Part shown: positions 62,910 through 64,000 of the stretch, piece by piece | Layout: each line of letters begins with the position of its first letter | Numbering within the stretch: position 1 is the first letter of the stretch | NCBI RefSeq assembly: GCF_036321535.1 | Contig: NC_087437.1 | Coordinates: 2,914,001 to 2,978,000 of the forward strand | Reading direction: 5' to 3' | Length of the DNA stretch: 64,000 nucleotides | DNA from: Camelus dromedarius | Lineage: Eukaryota | Position numbers and translations under genes: made by a program | The notes under the pieces: model-generated | What the model was told of the DNA's origin: nothing | Database searches by the model: none | What the model saw: only the letters and a program-made list of their open reading frames with translations

Positions 62910-63150
62910 ATGTGGTTGTGACAAGAGCCAAGCAGGCCTGGATTTGAAACTCATCTCTGTAACTAATGAGCTATGTAGATTTTGACACGATACTTAATAT
63001 CCCTCAGCCTTAATTTGTTATCTATAAAAGAAGGGAGATACACATACTTACCTTATTGGATTGTTATGAGACCTAATTATGATAATATTGTTAAATTACT
63101 CAGCCAAGTTTCTAGCACACAGAATAGGCTCAAATATTATTTTCCTTTTC
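62910..63150 (+). mobile_element. MIR
   Basis: 'gcctggatttgaaactcatctctg...acttaatatccctcagccttaatttgttatctataaaa'. Confidence 0.7.
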
Positions 63151-63429
63151 TCTCAATATCTAGTAACCTTTTCTCCAGGATAATGCAAAGCTGCTCTTCA
63201 GCCAAACTATAAAATAGGGTATAATTATTTGGGTACTGTTAATGTCCCATCTCCCCCATTTTGGCCCATTTGGCATATTGAAATGGATGACGGATAACTC
63301 TCTTTTTGTGAGTATATACGATGTTTCATTTCTTCTAGCCAGGACCTTGTCCTAAACTCTGTCTAAAGTAAACTGGAAAGAAACTTGTTTATCCAAAGAC
63401 ATTAGTAGAAAAGTGTCCAGGTAACTTTC

Positions 63430-64000
63430 TGAGGGTATAGTAGTTAGAAATACATTTGGTTGTTAGTAATAAAAAGCTGAAAATAGTGGCTCATATCAAC
63501 CGGTGGTTTTATCTTTCTCATAATAAAATTGTTGACGATGTGGTTGCCTTCAGGGTATCAGAGACCCAGGCTCCTTTCTCTTTCTGCTTAGCCTGCCTGG
63601 ACAGACGCTGGTTGCTTCCCGGTCATGTGATACCCAGCCCACCTTCACCTTCCAATAGAGAGGAGGGAGGGGCTGGGAGGGGCTAGGAGATAAAGGTACC
63701 AGCCAGCTGAGTCAGTATGTCCCTCCCTTTGAAGACTGTTATGGAAGCTGCTCTGGAACTTTTCATGACATCCCAATGGCTAGACCAGTGTGGAAAGCAG
63801 TGTGGAACTGTTCTGCACCCGAACTGCCCAACATGGTAGCTACCTGTGACTGTTAGATTTAAAAATGTGGCTAGTGTGGCCCAGGAAATGAATTTTTAAT
63901 TTTTCTTCATTTTAATAAATTCGAATTTAGGAAGTTACATGTGTTTAGTGGCTAGACCATTTGGCACATGACTACCCCAACTACAGGAAAGGCTGGATAA
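63430..64000 (-). mobile_element. MLT1-like LTR with a nested MER3/MER33-like hAT fragment (about 63810-63955)
   Basis: 'tttatctttctcataataa', 'agacccaggctcctttc', 'aaatgtggctagtgtg...aatttttaatttt'. Confidence 0.55.

Noticed and set aside
1..64000. CRISPR arrays, operons or prokaryotic systems
   Set aside because: The sequence is mammalian and repeat-rich, with no repeat-spacer arrays or dense coding regions.

Overview
Mammalian genomic DNA, very probably camelid (alpaca, llama or camel). It carries about 10 copies of a tRNA-Ala-derived SINE with an 'AAATAAATAAACCTAATTACC' tail (vic-1-like) and many young L1 3' ends of one closely related family. I find no credible protein-coding gene; the window looks intergenic or deep-intronic. 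It is dominated by repeats: L1 of several ages, L2, MIR, ERV1/ERVL/MaLR solo LTRs, hAT and Tigger fossils, and microsatellites. The only recognisable peptides in the ORF track are L1 ORF1/ORF2 remnants. The most interesting structures are retrotransposition products defined by target-site duplications (TSDs). (1) A 2.86-kb, 5'-complete, ORF1-only L1 whose ORF2 deletion ends at an AG, so it may be spliced or half-L1-like. (2) A four-layer nest: MLT1 > polyadenylated retrocopy > L1 > LTR. (3) A 200-bp orphan polyadenylated insertion. Also notable are an inverted 48-bp perfect duplication 8.2 kb apart, a pure (GAA)56 tract inside an L1 A-tract, and candidate NF-kB and STAT enhancer clusters. Repeat family names come from recalled consensus sequences, not a database search. 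Boundaries without TSDs are approximate.
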